DNA from: a virus
DNA: 49,747 nucleotides
Direction: 5' to 3' (one strand)
IMG/VR virus record: IMGVR_UViG_3300000032_000001
In this document: one piece after another, positions 21,646-31,555 of the stretch
Layout: the number at the start of each line of letters is the position of its first letter
Position numbering within the stretch: the stretch's first letter is position 1
The notes under the pieces: model-generated
What the model was told of the DNA's origin: nothing
Databases searched by the model: none
Seen by the model: only the letters and a program-made list of their open reading frames with translations
Position numbers and translations under genes: made by a program

Positions 21646-23757
21646 TTAAGCAAAATATTTTATGACCTTCGCTTTCCACGTTCCAGAAGCCAGGTCAATC
21701 GCTCCTGCCGTGGGATTGTACAGCACAACAGTTACCGTATTAGCCGCCGACACATAAGCGGTGACAACCAGTCCAGCTAAATCAACAGGCGCAGAAGCTA
21801 CCGCAAAATCGCCCAGCGCCGCACCCGTTACGGTAATAGTTGTCGTTGTCGTTGCCCCCGCCGCAATGCTTGGAGCGTCATAAGTTGCAGAACCCTGATA
21901 AGCCCCTATTTCATCCACCCAGACACAGGAAACTCCTATCTTATCACGATTATATGTACCTGTTACCCCTGTGCTGCCGACATCCGTAAATGTAGCCGCA
22001 GACGATGCACTAGAGGTCAACTTTACAAGTGTAAACGTCCCGCCTGCTGAAATAGGAGTTACGGCAGCCCCTGTCCCGCTTGAATAACCGGAACCCGCCG
22101 CTAGAATTGTTACGGCAGTAACCCCGCCAAGACCGTCAATAGCAGAGACGGTCACTAAACCACCGGCTCCACCTGCAATAAACAAGATGTCGCCAACTCT
22201 GTAACCACAACCATACCAAGGCCGTGCAGAGTTTAAATGAGCAGTTACGGCGGTTAATGCGCCTGCCACGGCAGTTATATCAAAAGTTGCACCCAATGCG
22301 CCAGTAGCAGGTACCTTCTTCCATCCTGTGAAAGTTGCCGATCTAAGAGCCGCTTCAATTTGAGCAATGGTATCTCCTGCTAAAACTGCTACATCGACAT
22401 TACCCGTCGATAAACCAATCCTGATATTACCGCTTGCAGTTGCCGTATGGGTTATTGTTAAGGTATCTTGCTCCCGAACTCCTGCTGTTTTAACGTCGAT
22501 GCCATAACCCAAGTTGGTATCAAAATGATGATAGCCGACATAAACATCGTAAGGACGATCGGCAGTCGCAGAACTCATCGAAGTCAAAGGTACAAAATAG
22601 CCGTCCCAGGCTAATCCAGTAGCATCGGCAAGGCGTTTCCAAACCTCATTGTGATAATTATAAGGATAGAACAATTGAAAATCATTACCAGCCAAACCAA
22701 AACGATGAGTTACAAGAATTCCTGCCGCTGCGTGTGGAAAACTCGTCGCATAATTAGCACCTATAATACTATAAGTAACCGTACCCGCTGGAAAATCGCC
22801 TGGAGGCGAATAGAAATTATAAAGATAATTACGATCATCAATACCAATTGAATGAGCATAGTGTATGCCATTATGTCCCAATATACCAAAATGTTTCTTG
22901 TAGTTATTGTTGTGATCACCAACGTCGATCACATTTCCCAACGCATCTATACATTCGCTCTCAGTACCGATATTAACACCCAATGAAACAAGATAATTAT
23001 ATACATCAGTTATTAATGCTGATGTATCACCACCCCTGTTCCAATACTGAGAATGTGTAGTAAACCTAAAAAGTACATGCCTATTTGCAACTAAAGCGGC
23101 ATCAATCTTTGCTTTAACTTGATTAAACGTCGGAGGACTACTGCCAGAATCGGTAAGATTCATGCCTACCAGACCGTATTGATTAAATGGCGCAACATTA
23201 TAGGGAGTTAAATTTGTATACGTCCCACCCTGGGAGGCTGCCCTGAAATATTTTTTAGCAACCTTTCTGACAAGTTCGTTGTTTCCACCAACAGGGTAAA
23301 CCAAAAAATCATATGTCATACCGTTCTGACGCAGTAATGCTTGTGCCGTTTCAAACTCAGTCTCTAGGCTTGCCTCGTCTGGAAACGTCACGGTATTAGT
23401 TAGGTCTATATGCTGATGAGCGTGACATATACATTCTATGCGATCAGGATAGGTGGACATAAATGCTTTTAGCCCCGCCCATGTGAGATATGATCCAGTG
23501 CCTATTTTTCCTGTTGGGACAGCGAGGTTGAGTTTAAGCCCTGGGATAGCAGTTAATAATGCTGCCCAATAGCCCTCGTTAACTACCCTAGCTTCGCAAT
23601 CATCATCCTTAAACGCCGCCCAACACGCAGAATAACGCAATGGACGTAGCTCACGGTTATCAAATAGTTTCTGGTGCTGTTCAACTTCACTTAAGGAGGG
23701 TCTGGCAGAATTAAATCGCGACATAACTGATCCCCTCCCCGTCAACAGAGGAATCAA
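21646..23757 (-). CDS. Tail fibre / receptor-binding protein with N-terminal polysaccharide deacetylase-like (NodB/CE4) domain
   Basis: 703 aa. CICHAHQHIDLT and VYPVGGNNE resemble CE4 motifs. The C-terminal half is Gly/Ala/Thr-rich and beta-strand/Ig-like. Confidence 0.5.
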   Translation of the reverse strand: MIPLLTGRGSVMSRFNSARPSLSEVEQHQKLFDNRELRPLRYSACWAAFKDDDCEARVVNEGYWAALLTAIPGLKLNLAVPTGKIGTGSYLTWAGLKAFMSTYPDRIECICHAHQHIDLTNTVTFPDEASLETEFETAQALLRQNGMTYDFLVYPVGGNNELVRKVAKKYFRAASQGGTYTNLTPYNVAPFNQYGLVGMNLTDSGSSPPTFNQVKAKIDAALVANRHVLFRFTTHSQYWNRGGDTSALITDVYNYLVSLGVNIGTESECIDALGNVIDVGDHNNNYKKHFGILGHNGIHYAHSIGIDDRNYLYNFYSPPGDFPAGTVTYSIIGANYATSFPHAAAGILVTHRFGLAGNDFQLFYPYNYHNEVWKRLADATGLAWDGYFVPLTSMSSATADRPYDVYVGYHHFDTNLGYGIDVKTAGVREQDTLTITHTATASGNIRIGLSTGNVDVAVLAGDTIAQIEAALRSATFTGWKKVPATGALGATFDITAVAGALTAVTAHLNSARPWYGCGYRVGDILFIAGGAGGLVTVSAIDGLGGVTAVTILAAGSGYSSGTGAAVTPISAGGTFTLVKLTSSASSAATFTDVGSTGVTGTYNRDKIGVSCVWVDEIGAYQGSATYDAPSIAAGATTTTTITVTGAALGDFAVASAPVDLAGLVVTAYVSAANTVTVVLYNPTAGAIDLASGTWKAKVIKYFA

Positions 23758-24082
23758 TCCATAATTCGTTAAGATTATTTACCTCAAAATCCATCGAATC
23801 AAGTGCCGCTAATTCAGCACCAAATACAGTTGACGAAACCGTATTCATGCCTACATAGATATATCCACCATTTGTACGCCTTGCAATAATAGTCACTTTA
23901 TTACAAGCCAATATCGGTAACTGAACCCTAGTTCCAGCTGTAGTTACGGTGGCGACGTTTGCTCCTTTCATTAAACTGCCTGTTAGCTGTACAGGCATTA
24001 CCCATTTTTCCAAAACTTCATCATAAATTAACGGGGTCCATCTGCCCAGACTGTCACGGTTTAAAGCTTGTCCGTATTGCAA
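23711..24082 (-). CDS. Hypothetical tail-fibre-associated protein
   Basis: 123-aa ORF in the fibre cluster. Confidence 0.5.
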   Translation of the reverse strand: MQYGQALNRDSLGRWTPLIYDEVLEKWVMPVQLTGSLMKGANVATVTTAGTRVQLPILACNKVTIIARRTNGGYIYVGMNTVSSTVFGAELAALDSMDFEVNNLNELWIDSSVDGEGISYVAI

Positions 24083-24095
24083 TTTTCGTACCTCC

Positions 24096-24521
24096 TTATA
24101 TGCTTATTCCCCAGGTCACTCTTAAGTTGTTGGTACCGTCTGATTTAATCTTGATCTGCAGTGACGTTTTAAATTCGAGCGAAAAAAGTGGGCTTATGTG
24201 ATGATCATCAATAGCCGCAAGATTAGCAACATCACAAAGTTCTGTTAGCGGCCAGCCTGGCAGCGGTAAAAGCGAATGCCCAGTGTTAAAATTGGTAATG
24301 TTAAATTGGAAAGGACTGCCGTCTATACTGACATATATCTCACCGCTAGATACTGTATTTGCAGTTGGATTGTGTACACGAATGTAATTCAGCGCCCCCC
24401 TCCCGGCAACGCTTAACGCCGTCTGCAGGGAATCCAGGGCTGTATAAAACGAGCTTGAGGTAAAGCCGCGTGTTACGCCGTCAGAGATATCCGCCAGTAA
24501 GGCTAACCCTACTCCGTCCAA
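24096..24521 (-). CDS. Hypothetical tail-fibre-associated protein
   Basis: 141-aa ORF in the fibre cluster. Confidence 0.5.
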   Translation of the reverse strand: MDGVGLALLADISDGVTRGFTSSSFYTALDSLQTALSVAGRGALNYIRVHNPTANTVSSGEIYVSIDGSPFQFNITNFNTGHSLLPLPGWPLTELCDVANLAAIDDHHISPLFSLEFKTSLQIKIKSDGTNNLRVTWGISI

Positions 24522-25046
24522 TTAGCTCACCGCCTTTGTAATGTTTGTTATCAGGCCGTCCGTCCGGTTGACCGTGTAAACGATCGTTCTGTTGCCGACG
24601 CTTTTGACAAGGGATGAAATAAGCCCGCCTGCCCGGTTGATCGTCACAGACTCAACCGTGCTGTTGTCGGTAGGGTCTTTTACCGCTACCGAAGATACCC
24701 GCCCGCTTGACCGGGTTATAACAACGCTTCGGGTGTCCGTGTCGATCGGTAGCGTTTTTACCTCCTGGGTGCTTTTGTTATTTATGCCCAGGAGCGCGTC
24801 AACGGTATCCTTCCGGGCTATGTCCTCAGCTGCAGACGGGGCCGATACCTTAGCCCTGCCGTTTGCATCGCGCAGGATAAGCCGGTTTGCCAGGTTCAGC
24901 GCCGTGGCGCCGTGGACCAGGGACTGGCCGGCGTGGCCGGCAATGGCTGCGTCTATAATATCCGCATTGTCGTTAAAATCGTCTACATCATAGTGATCGC
25001 TTTGCGCCGGTTTCTTGAGACTGTAATTGGTTGTATAAGTTGCCAT
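24522..25046 (-). CDS. Tail fibre protein (N-terminal baseplate-attachment type)
   Basis: The N-terminus MATYTTNYSLKKPAQSDHYDVDDFNDNADIIDAAI is typical of phage fibre N-termini. Confidence 0.55.
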   Translation of the reverse strand: MATYTTNYSLKKPAQSDHYDVDDFNDNADIIDAAIAGHAGQSLVHGATALNLANRLILRDANGRAKVSAPSAAEDIARKDTVDALLGINNKSTQEVKTLPIDTDTRSVVITRSSGRVSSVAVKDPTDNSTVESVTINRAGGLISSLVKSVGNRTIVYTVNRTDGLITNITKAVS

Positions 25047-25058
25047 AAAATACCTCCT

Positions 25059-25790
25059 TTATATTCCGGATGCTAATTGCGCATGAGTGTAAGCCTGTAA
25101 TTGCAAGTGAGTATAAGACGCCAGGGCAGCATGGGTGCCGCTCACCGCAAACCCGTCAAAATAGCTCCGGGCATTTTTCGAGTAGTTGACCGCTCTTGTT
25201 AACTGCGCCACCAGGGCAGGATCGGCAATGTCTGCTGCCGTGGTCAGCACCCGGAAGTGATACGGATCCCCTCCATACTCAAACCACTCCTGGAGCGTCC
25301 CATGGTTGAGATAATCGTTGACCACCTGACTGACGGCGTACGGCGTCCCCAGGTACATATGCACCCGATCACTGCTTTTTATTAAGGCTCGTTTGACAGC
25401 CAGGCTTGCCGTCGAATCGTACCACTCGATGTGGAGCTCATAGGCCAGTTGATCAAGTATTTCCTCAGTCAGGTAATCAACCCTTGCCAGGATGATTATT
25501 TTATTTATCTCATCGGCCATTTGCTGCAGCAGTGAGCCAAGGACAGCACACAGGGCCTGTGTTGTGAGGTCCTCCTGCATATACGGCGTCTGCAGCTTTA
25601 GAAGGTCGAACTGGTCGAACTGGTTGAGCTGCTGAAACTTACTTACCCGGATCAGTACCTCGACCGGAAACTGACTGAGCCGCTGCCCGCCGGGCTGGAT
25701 GAGCACCTCAACGGGCATGTGGCTAAGGCGCTGAATACCGTCTTCGGCGCTCCCGCCGGACATTTCCCAAAATTTTAATATGCGGTGCAT
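25059..25790 (-). CDS. P2 gpI-like baseplate/tail protein
   Basis: LDQLAYELHIEWYDSTASLAVKRALIKSSDRVHMYLGTPYAV...LQEWFEYGGDPYHFRV matches the Tail_P2_I pattern. The N-terminus has a tandem 14-aa duplication and the true start may be internal. Confidence 0.65.
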   Translation of the reverse strand: MHRILKFWEMSGGSAEDGIQRLSHMPVEVLIQPGGQRLSQFPVEVLIRVSKFQQLNQFDQFDLLKLQTPYMQEDLTTQALCAVLGSLLQQMADEINKIIILARVDYLTEEILDQLAYELHIEWYDSTASLAVKRALIKSSDRVHMYLGTPYAVSQVVNDYLNHGTLQEWFEYGGDPYHFRVLTTAADIADPALVAQLTRAVNYSKNARSYFDGFAVSGTHAALASYTHLQLQAYTHAQLASGI

Positions 25791-25808
25791 TTAATCACCT
25801 TACCTTAC

Positions 25809-26564
25809 CTATTCGCCGTCAAACTCAAGCATTAAACTACCGTATAAATTACCGCCTGTAGGAGCAAAATCAGCGGACGTGGAATAAGCAATAGCTATTT
25901 GACCACCTTTTGCGAAAGTTAGGGAGCTGCTCTCAACTGCATTGTAACTTGGATTCGATGTTGATAATACTGCAGAAAGAGATGATGACTGCTGAATTCC
26001 GTTTTTCGCAGGAGCAACGGTAATACTGCCTGCTGTTACATTGCTGCTGTATTTCGCACTGACAGCTACAATTCTGCCTGCCCTCGGAGCAATCAAGGGA
26101 TACCCTGACAAAATAGACCATGAAATGTTCGCCGCAAGAGTACCCATGCTACCAGATACAGTACTATAATAATTTTTATATTTGCCAAAAAGCGTTACCG
26201 CATCAACGATTTGGCCGCCGTTGACAATGCTTCTATCCAAGGTATTGCCCGTAAATGTTGTGTCCGCATGGATATTACATATTCCCTTCCGGGCGGCTTG
26301 AACCGCAACCGTTGTATTGTAGTTAAATTCAACATGCCCCCCGGTGTACCCGTCGATCATAAAGTAGGCATCTTCGGCGTATACTCCTATAGCATTAGCT
26401 TCTACGACACTGTTTCCGCGTAATAAAAAATAAGATCCCTTTTGAACAGTGATACCCGTGGAAGTGCAGTTAATGACTGTAGCATTTTCGGCATGTATAG
26501 TAGAACTGTAAAGAGCCAAAATACCATACGTACCGCCTGAATTCCAACAGTCGTAAAGCTCCAT
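25809..26564 (-). CDS. Right-handed beta-helix tailspike/fibre protein, C-terminal part (open frame extends upstream to about 26755)
   Basis: Repetitive N/G/T-rich beta-helix rungs (ENATVINCTSTGITV, NSVVEANAIGVYA). The same frame stays open upstream through LIDLKIQNYEAYQVRAHNKGRIYGSNVRVY. Confidence 0.6.
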   Translation of the reverse strand: MELYDCWNSGGTYGILALYSSTIHAENATVINCTSTGITVQKGSYFLLRGNSVVEANAIGVYAEDAYFMIDGYTGGHVEFNYNTTVAVQAARKGICNIHADTTFTGNTLDRSIVNGGQIVDAVTLFGKYKNYYSTVSGSMGTLAANISWSILSGYPLIAPRAGRIVAVSAKYSSNVTAGSITVAPAKNGIQQSSSLSAVLSTSNPSYNAVESSSLTFAKGGQIAIAYSTSADFAPTGGNLYGSLMLEFDGE

Positions 26565-26700
26565 CTTTGATTGATTGCCGCAATAGAATCCCTCTTTGGC
26601 CGTTCCCGCGGAAGGGGGGTATACGCGTACATTGCTTCCGTAAATACGCCCTTTGTTATGCGCCCGTACCTGATATGCTTCATAATTTTGTATTTTTAAA

Positions 26701-27084
26701 TCAATAAGCCGTAAATATTTGTCGTCCTGCGCCGAAACGCCTAACGCCGTTTGTTATACCTGTTCCGTCCAGAATAGCTGTCGGCATTCCTCCGCTGACG
26801 TCCGGACCGCGCAATGTGATGGTACCTACGCCCATCGAATTAAGTTCGAATTGTTCAGCATAAGTGCCTGCTGCCAAATGTATTTCGTAATTGGCAATTC
26901 TGAAGGTTGGTATACAAGACTGCGCTTTTTCCAGCGTTAAAAAAGGGTGTTCTGCAGTGCCAACGTTTAGATCGGAGCCGGCAGGATCTACATAAAAGTG
27001 TATGGTATCTCCAAAAACAGGTTCAGGATCAATGAGTTTTCCCCAATTCCATATCCGTATTTTAGGCACTGACTTCACATCCAC
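26701..27084 (-). CDS. Right-handed beta-helix tailspike/fibre protein, N-terminal part (frameshifted relative to 25809..26755)
   Basis: YVDPAGSDLNVGTAEHPFLTLEKAQSCIP is the classic pectate-lyase-fold N-cap motif. The ORF ends 9 codons after ITNGV. Confidence 0.6.
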   Translation of the reverse strand: MDVKSVPKIRIWNWGKLIDPEPVFGDTIHFYVDPAGSDLNVGTAEHPFLTLEKAQSCIPTFRIANYEIHLAAGTYAEQFELNSMGVGTITLRGPDVSGGMPTAILDGTGITNGVRRFGAGRQIFTAY

Positions 27085-27409
27085 TTACGGTCATAGTCAC
27101 CTTGTCTGCCACGTCAGCAATCCCCGACAGGAAATCACCAGGCGTATCCATGACGATATAACAGTCTATCGGTAACGTATCCCCGGCGGCTATCTCCGTT
27201 TCGGTCGGTATTATCCGGTTTGCATTGCCGGCGGTGTCGCCTACCGGAACACAGGACAGGCCAAAGGTGTGATCGGCGGTATCAGTATTAGCGATCATGA
27301 TATGCAGGATAATCCATTTCTTGTCAACCGGTACAACCGCAAGGGCCGTCTCAGAAGCGGGCAATTGCCCCTGATAAAGTTGTTTCGCATTAGTTAATAA
27401 ATCAGCCAC
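27062..27409 (-). CDS. Hypothetical structural protein
   Basis: 115-aa ORF in the baseplate/fibre cluster. Confidence 0.5.
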   Translation of the reverse strand: MADLLTNAKQLYQGQLPASETALAVVPVDKKWIILHIMIANTDTADHTFGLSCVPVGDTAGNANRIIPTETEIAAGDTLPIDCYIVMDTPGDFLSGIADVADKVTMTVSGCEVSA

Positions 27410-27420
27410 TTATCATCCTC

Positions 27421-28437
27421 CTAACTTTCAGCTTTAATGCCAAATTGAGCGGCGTTTATTTCTTCAAGTGTCCAGGGCAGTTCCGTGGCAGGGTTGACCG
27501 TCTGTATCTCCGGAAAATATTTATAGTCCTCGTCCAGTTCCTGGGCAGCCCCCTCGTAATTTGCTGAATGTGTTTTGGTCACGGTTTTAAACGTGCGTGT
27601 TTCAGTGTCAATCTTTTTGATGTACGGGAGCAGCTGCACCCCGAGAACCTTTCCCTGCGTTTCGGCAAGGGCCGGAAACTTGTACAAGTCAATTTGCCCG
27701 GTTGCAGTAGATTTAACTGAGGTTGTATCATCGTCCGGACGGGAGCCGGCATCCTCATTGACGCATTCAAAATTATCTCCCGCTGATGGTATCCAGGCAT
27801 TGGTATCGCCGTTTTCGTCCGGAAGCAGACACCTTACCTGGCAGTCACCGAGAAAATCATTTTCCGACGTCCCAAGGTTATCGCAGGCGTAGAGATCGTC
27901 AAAGTACACAGCGTTTTCCATACCGTGCAAGTTGATCCTGTTTGCGTAATAATTCGCAGTGACTATCGTGCTGCCTGCGTAATAAAAGATTTGTGCGCCG
28001 TCTTTTCTGATGTTGATAATCCCCAGCGCATCACTAAAAGTCACATAAGCTTCCAGATAGCACCCCGCCCCGGCATCGGCAATTACTTCCGTTTCGCCAA
28101 GAAGTTCCGCTCCCCGGTACACGTGTATTTTTTTGTCAATGCCCGGAGACATTTTAAAAGAGAGCTGGGCCGTTTCGCCGTCAAGAAACTGCAGAAACGG
28201 CAAGTCTAAAATACTGCCGTCAGCGTAATCAAAAAAGAAACCGGCTATCAGCAGCCCTTTGTTGCCCAAATCTTTGGTGGTTACGCTGCCATCGCCAAGG
28301 AGGTACAGGCGTTTGCCTCCATTGCGCCCTCCTGACTGAGGCCCTGCCGTCTGAACAACAATCTCCCATTTTTTATCAAGGTGTTCGCCGTCGTAGTGGT
28401 CAAAACCGTCAAATAAAAGTAAGGCCATTTTATTCAA
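27421..28437 (-). CDS. Hypothetical baseplate/fibre-associated protein
   Basis: 338-aa ORF directly after the baseplate J gene. Confidence 0.5.
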   Translation of the reverse strand: MNKMALLLFDGFDHYDGEHLDKKWEIVVQTAGPQSGGRNGGKRLYLLGDGSVTTKDLGNKGLLIAGFFFDYADGSILDLPFLQFLDGETAQLSFKMSPGIDKKIHVYRGAELLGETEVIADAGAGCYLEAYVTFSDALGIINIRKDGAQIFYYAGSTIVTANYYANRINLHGMENAVYFDDLYACDNLGTSENDFLGDCQVRCLLPDENGDTNAWIPSAGDNFECVNEDAGSRPDDDTTSVKSTATGQIDLYKFPALAETQGKVLGVQLLPYIKKIDTETRTFKTVTKTHSANYEGAAQELDEDYKYFPEIQTVNPATELPWTLEEINAAQFGIKAES

Positions 28438-29635
28438 GCCCTCCGTAAGTAATCGTTACCGTATCTGCTGCCGCTACTTCGTCCTCGTCTATAGTTGCAT
28501 AAGCCGGATCAGTCAGAGTTATCCGGCAGGCTCCGGCATTGAGCATCAGTTGCCGGAGATAATCCGGACTGATAGCCCGCCCTATCTTGCCGCCCTGCCA
28601 GGCCTTATATTGGTCAATAGCTCCGTCAGTATCTTCGATGGCCGCTCTAATGCTTGATTCGCTAGCCGAATTGTCCTGGCTGATGTAATAGGTCAGCGTG
28701 ATATCGTAGGATACCGGTGTGGGAGCTGCAGCCGTAACATAGTCAGTTAGCGGACGTACTTTCATGTCGTTGCAGATTGCTAAAACGGCGTCCAAAACTC
28801 CTTGTGTCGGCAGTTCCCCGCCGTCCATCAATATCACCAATTTCAATTTTGCGCCCGGTATCACCGTATAAAACGGGGTTGGATCGACCTCCGGATAAGC
28901 CGTCTGAAAAGCGGCCAGGTTAAACTCGTTGACTGTGTCGTAAAGAACCGGCGCCACGTCCTGTATGTTGGCGTCGGCGGTCTTGGCCCAGTAGATATAG
29001 GCATCTCTGGGACCTGCTGTAGAAAATTTAGTTGGGCTCTCCCGGATGCGCTCCCGGTACCCGGACCAGACATTTGTACCGTCATCATCAGCTTCGGTAT
29101 CGGAGCCCCCGGCTGATGTATCGGTATTGGCAACGCTAGCTTCGTAAGCTATCGGATCAACTATCTGATTGATCAGCCCGGCGGTAAACCCGTTATAGGT
29201 TTCGCCGGTGCTCGTACTTTCGGCTGCAGCGTCCCCGTAGGTACTGCCAGCCGGAATAACAAGGTCTGCCACAGTTGCGAAAAACAGATCCCCGTCAGGC
29301 GTGGCCCTGGTCCCCGCCGGTATCGTCACGTCTACCGCCTGTATGGCAGACAGCGTAAACCTCAGCGTTACGGATGCTTTCTGAGCTGCAAGCCTGGGTG
29401 TGTCGGTCCGGGCTCCGAATGCGTCTAAAACCTCACCGCGTGCATATTGGAGTAAGTTTTGCTTACCCGTGTCATTAATAGCATTGTAAAGGGCTACCAG
29501 GATCAGGTTTTCCTGCTCCAAAAAAATACGCCGCTCATCGCCCTGATATAGAGTTTCTCCCAGGGCAGCGGCAACCTGGGAGATTAAAGCGTTATATATT
29601 GTTTCAGCGTCGACTGTTACAAACTCTATACTCAT
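28430..29635 (-). CDS. Baseplate J-like protein
   Basis: 401 aa. The N-terminal ETIYNALISQVAAALGETLYQGDERRIFLE...LLQYARGEVLDAFG matches the Baseplate_J pattern, and the gene follows the gp25-like gene. Confidence 0.8.
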   Translation of the reverse strand: MSIEFVTVDAETIYNALISQVAAALGETLYQGDERRIFLEQENLILVALYNAINDTGKQNLLQYARGEVLDAFGARTDTPRLAAQKASVTLRFTLSAIQAVDVTIPAGTRATPDGDLFFATVADLVIPAGSTYGDAAAESTSTGETYNGFTAGLINQIVDPIAYEASVANTDTSAGGSDTEADDDGTNVWSGYRERIRESPTKFSTAGPRDAYIYWAKTADANIQDVAPVLYDTVNEFNLAAFQTAYPEVDPTPFYTVIPGAKLKLVILMDGGELPTQGVLDAVLAICNDMKVRPLTDYVTAAAPTPVSYDITLTYYISQDNSASESSIRAAIEDTDGAIDQYKAWQGGKIGRAISPDYLRQLMLNAGACRITLTDPAYATIDEDEVAAADTVTITYGGLE

Positions 29636-29946
29636 ATCTCGATCGCCACCTCAAAATCCATATTGCCGTCATCGTCCAGCCCGGAAAAACTAACGCTGGT
29701 AACTGTCGCCCTGGGTTCGTACAGTTCGACAACCCGGTATATTTCAGCCGTATAGACCATGACAGCTTCGTTCAAGGGCATGTCTACTACCGCCGGGTTA
29801 ATGCCCCTGGTCCGGTCGTATCCAACGGAATAACGAAACGTCCTGATCAGGTTCAGGACGTTTTGAACAATTCGCTCATTGCCGGTAGCAGTCCAGTTTA
29901 ATACTGGGTTAGAGGTACTGATTACATATTCAGCCAAGGACATCAC
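29632..29946 (-). CDS. Baseplate wedge protein, GPW/gp25 family
   Basis: 104 aa. IVQNVLNLIRTFRYSVGYDRTRGI...EIYRVVELYEPRA is typical of the family. Confidence 0.7.
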   Translation of the reverse strand: MMSLAEYVISTSNPVLNWTATGNERIVQNVLNLIRTFRYSVGYDRTRGINPAVVDMPLNEAVMVYTAEIYRVVELYEPRATVTSVSFSGLDDDGNMDFEVAIEI

Positions 29947-29949
29947 CCC

Positions 29950-30450
29950 TTATTTCAGCTGCTCTTTTTCTGAGGCCGTTAATGTAGGTACTTTTATCTG
30001 CACTTTACTTTTTCCGGTTTTGGAAGTGCTTTTTTCTGTCTTCTTCCCCGGCCTGACATACTCGTCAAAGCTCAGGTTAAGAGTAAGTGCCAGAAAATTG
30101 CCGTCGTTGTCGATAACCTCTTCGGAAGCCTGCACATTAACCAGCAGCCACTTATTAGGCCGGAAAGGTTTTCCTCCCAGGATAAAAGGGTAAGCCACTC
30201 CTGCGTCTTTGATTTTCAGCCATTCCCCCAACTGATTCCTGGGATTGACGCCAAGGTCTGCGCTGAGTCTTACTTTTATACTCAGGGTATCCAGGCCCGA
30301 CCCTTTGTTGTACGTGCTCGGCTTTTTACCAGCGGCATCCTGCTTCTCTGTTTCCAGGGTGGAGCCGTACTGAAAATCATTAAAGGTTACAATCTTGCTA
30401 TCCATTACCACAAATGCCTTATTGCCAAAAACTGCTATTGCCATCAGCAC
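29950..30450 (-). CDS. P2 gpU-like tail protein
   Basis: 166 aa. The pattern F..F....T....Q...GKKP....G.GLDTLSI...L...G...W...V matches my memory of GpU. The C-terminus is Lys-rich. Confidence 0.5.
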   Translation of the reverse strand: MLMAIAVFGNKAFVVMDSKIVTFNDFQYGSTLETEKQDAAGKKPSTYNKGSGLDTLSIKVRLSADLGVNPRNQLGEWLKIKDAGVAYPFILGGKPFRPNKWLLVNVQASEEVIDNDGNFLALTLNLSFDEYVRPGKKTEKSTSKTGKSKVQIKVPTLTASEKEQLK

Positions 30451-30454
30451 ACAC

Positions 30455-31552
30455 CTAAACTTTCGCTATGATTACGCCTCCCGACAGTTGCCAGGTGAAG
30501 AAAACTACAATTACTTCATCCCCAACTTCAAGCTCTCCAACGTGTTCAGCCTTGTCTAAAACCTGACTGACTACATCCTCCTTATCGGGGAACGTCACCC
30601 GGTACCCGTTATCAATGCTTGATATTTTTCCTTTGAGGACCATTAGTACCCCTCCAGCGGCTTTCTGAGCTTTAAGCCTGTTTTTTCCGTCAACGAATTT
30701 ATGGATGACCTGGTAGGCAAAATATTTTCCATCTGCTAGGCCGAAGCCTGACAACTGGACGGTATTACCCGCCGCTATTCCGGGATCAAATTTCAGTTGA
30801 CAGGATAAAGTTTTTTCAAGACAGTTTTTATCCCGGAGCAGCCCGGCGGCAAATCGCTTTCCCTCGCCGATGCTGCCGATGGCCAAGTCAAAATATTTCA
30901 GTGTCGGCCCGTATGCGCCGGAAGCTGTAAACTCTCCCTTGATACCGCCGTTGATTATTTTACAGGCGCCGAAAATTCCCGATGCTTTATCCTGATATAA
31001 AAAATCACCGTCAATGTCTTCGACGGTGATCTCCCTGGCTGTGTCCAGACCCTCCATGTATGCGTTACTGAAGAGTATTAGCTTTCCCCCGCTGACCTTC
31101 AACGCGTAACCTTCAAGGAGAGCACGCCAAGCCAGAAACTTAATATCGGGGTCACTCTGGTCTACCCGGCTGTAATAGTGGTTTGTTATGCCATATGTTT
31201 CTGCGGTCAGGCCCCAGCGGGAGGCAATCTCCTGGACCAACTCCAACAGCCTGATGTTTTCCCAGGCTTTTACTCTTTCCTGTTTGGCTTCTTGCTTTAT
31301 CGGCAGGGCACGGAGGACTATCGCCCCTCGCTGCTGGCCGATCTCATCGATGTACATGATCCCGGAATCAAAACCGGAATCCTTGACCTGTACAGTGTGA
31401 TTTTTTTCCGGCCCCCACTGACTCCAAAACCCCTTAGAATCGTCAAGCACAAGTTCCAAGCTGTCCAGTTCCCCACCTGCGTTTTCTGTCAAATCAGCCC
31501 GTCTAATCTCAACATCATCGGTAATGTCTTTGACTTCATAAATCAAATACAT
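30455..31552 (-). CDS. Late control gene D-like tail/baseplate hub protein
   Basis: 365 aa. The N-terminus reads DITDDVEIRRADLTENAGGELDSLELVLDD...MYIDEIGQQRGAIVLRALP. Confidence 0.65.
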   Translation of the reverse strand: MYLIYEVKDITDDVEIRRADLTENAGGELDSLELVLDDSKGFWSQWGPEKNHTVQVKDSGFDSGIMYIDEIGQQRGAIVLRALPIKQEAKQERVKAWENIRLLELVQEIASRWGLTAETYGITNHYYSRVDQSDPDIKFLAWRALLEGYALKVSGGKLILFSNAYMEGLDTAREITVEDIDGDFLYQDKASGIFGACKIINGGIKGEFTASGAYGPTLKYFDLAIGSIGEGKRFAAGLLRDKNCLEKTLSCQLKFDPGIAAGNTVQLSGFGLADGKYFAYQVIHKFVDGKNRLKAQKAAGGVLMVLKGKISSIDNGYRVTFPDKEDVVSQVLDKAEHVGELEVGDEVIVVFFTWQLSGGVIIAKV

Positions 31553-31555
31553 GGC

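Noticed and set aside
21646-25046. A diversity-generating retroelement acting on the tail-fibre genes.
   Set aside because: No reverse transcriptase gene is present in the window. I could not find a template/variable repeat pair near the fibre C-termini.
26402-26683. A 93-aa ORF bridging the two beta-helix fragments.
   Set aside because: The frame of 25809..26564 is itself open upstream to about 26755 and encodes plausible beta-helix sequence (LIDLKIQNYEAYQVRAHNKGRIYGSNVRVY). The 93-aa frame looks non-protein-like.
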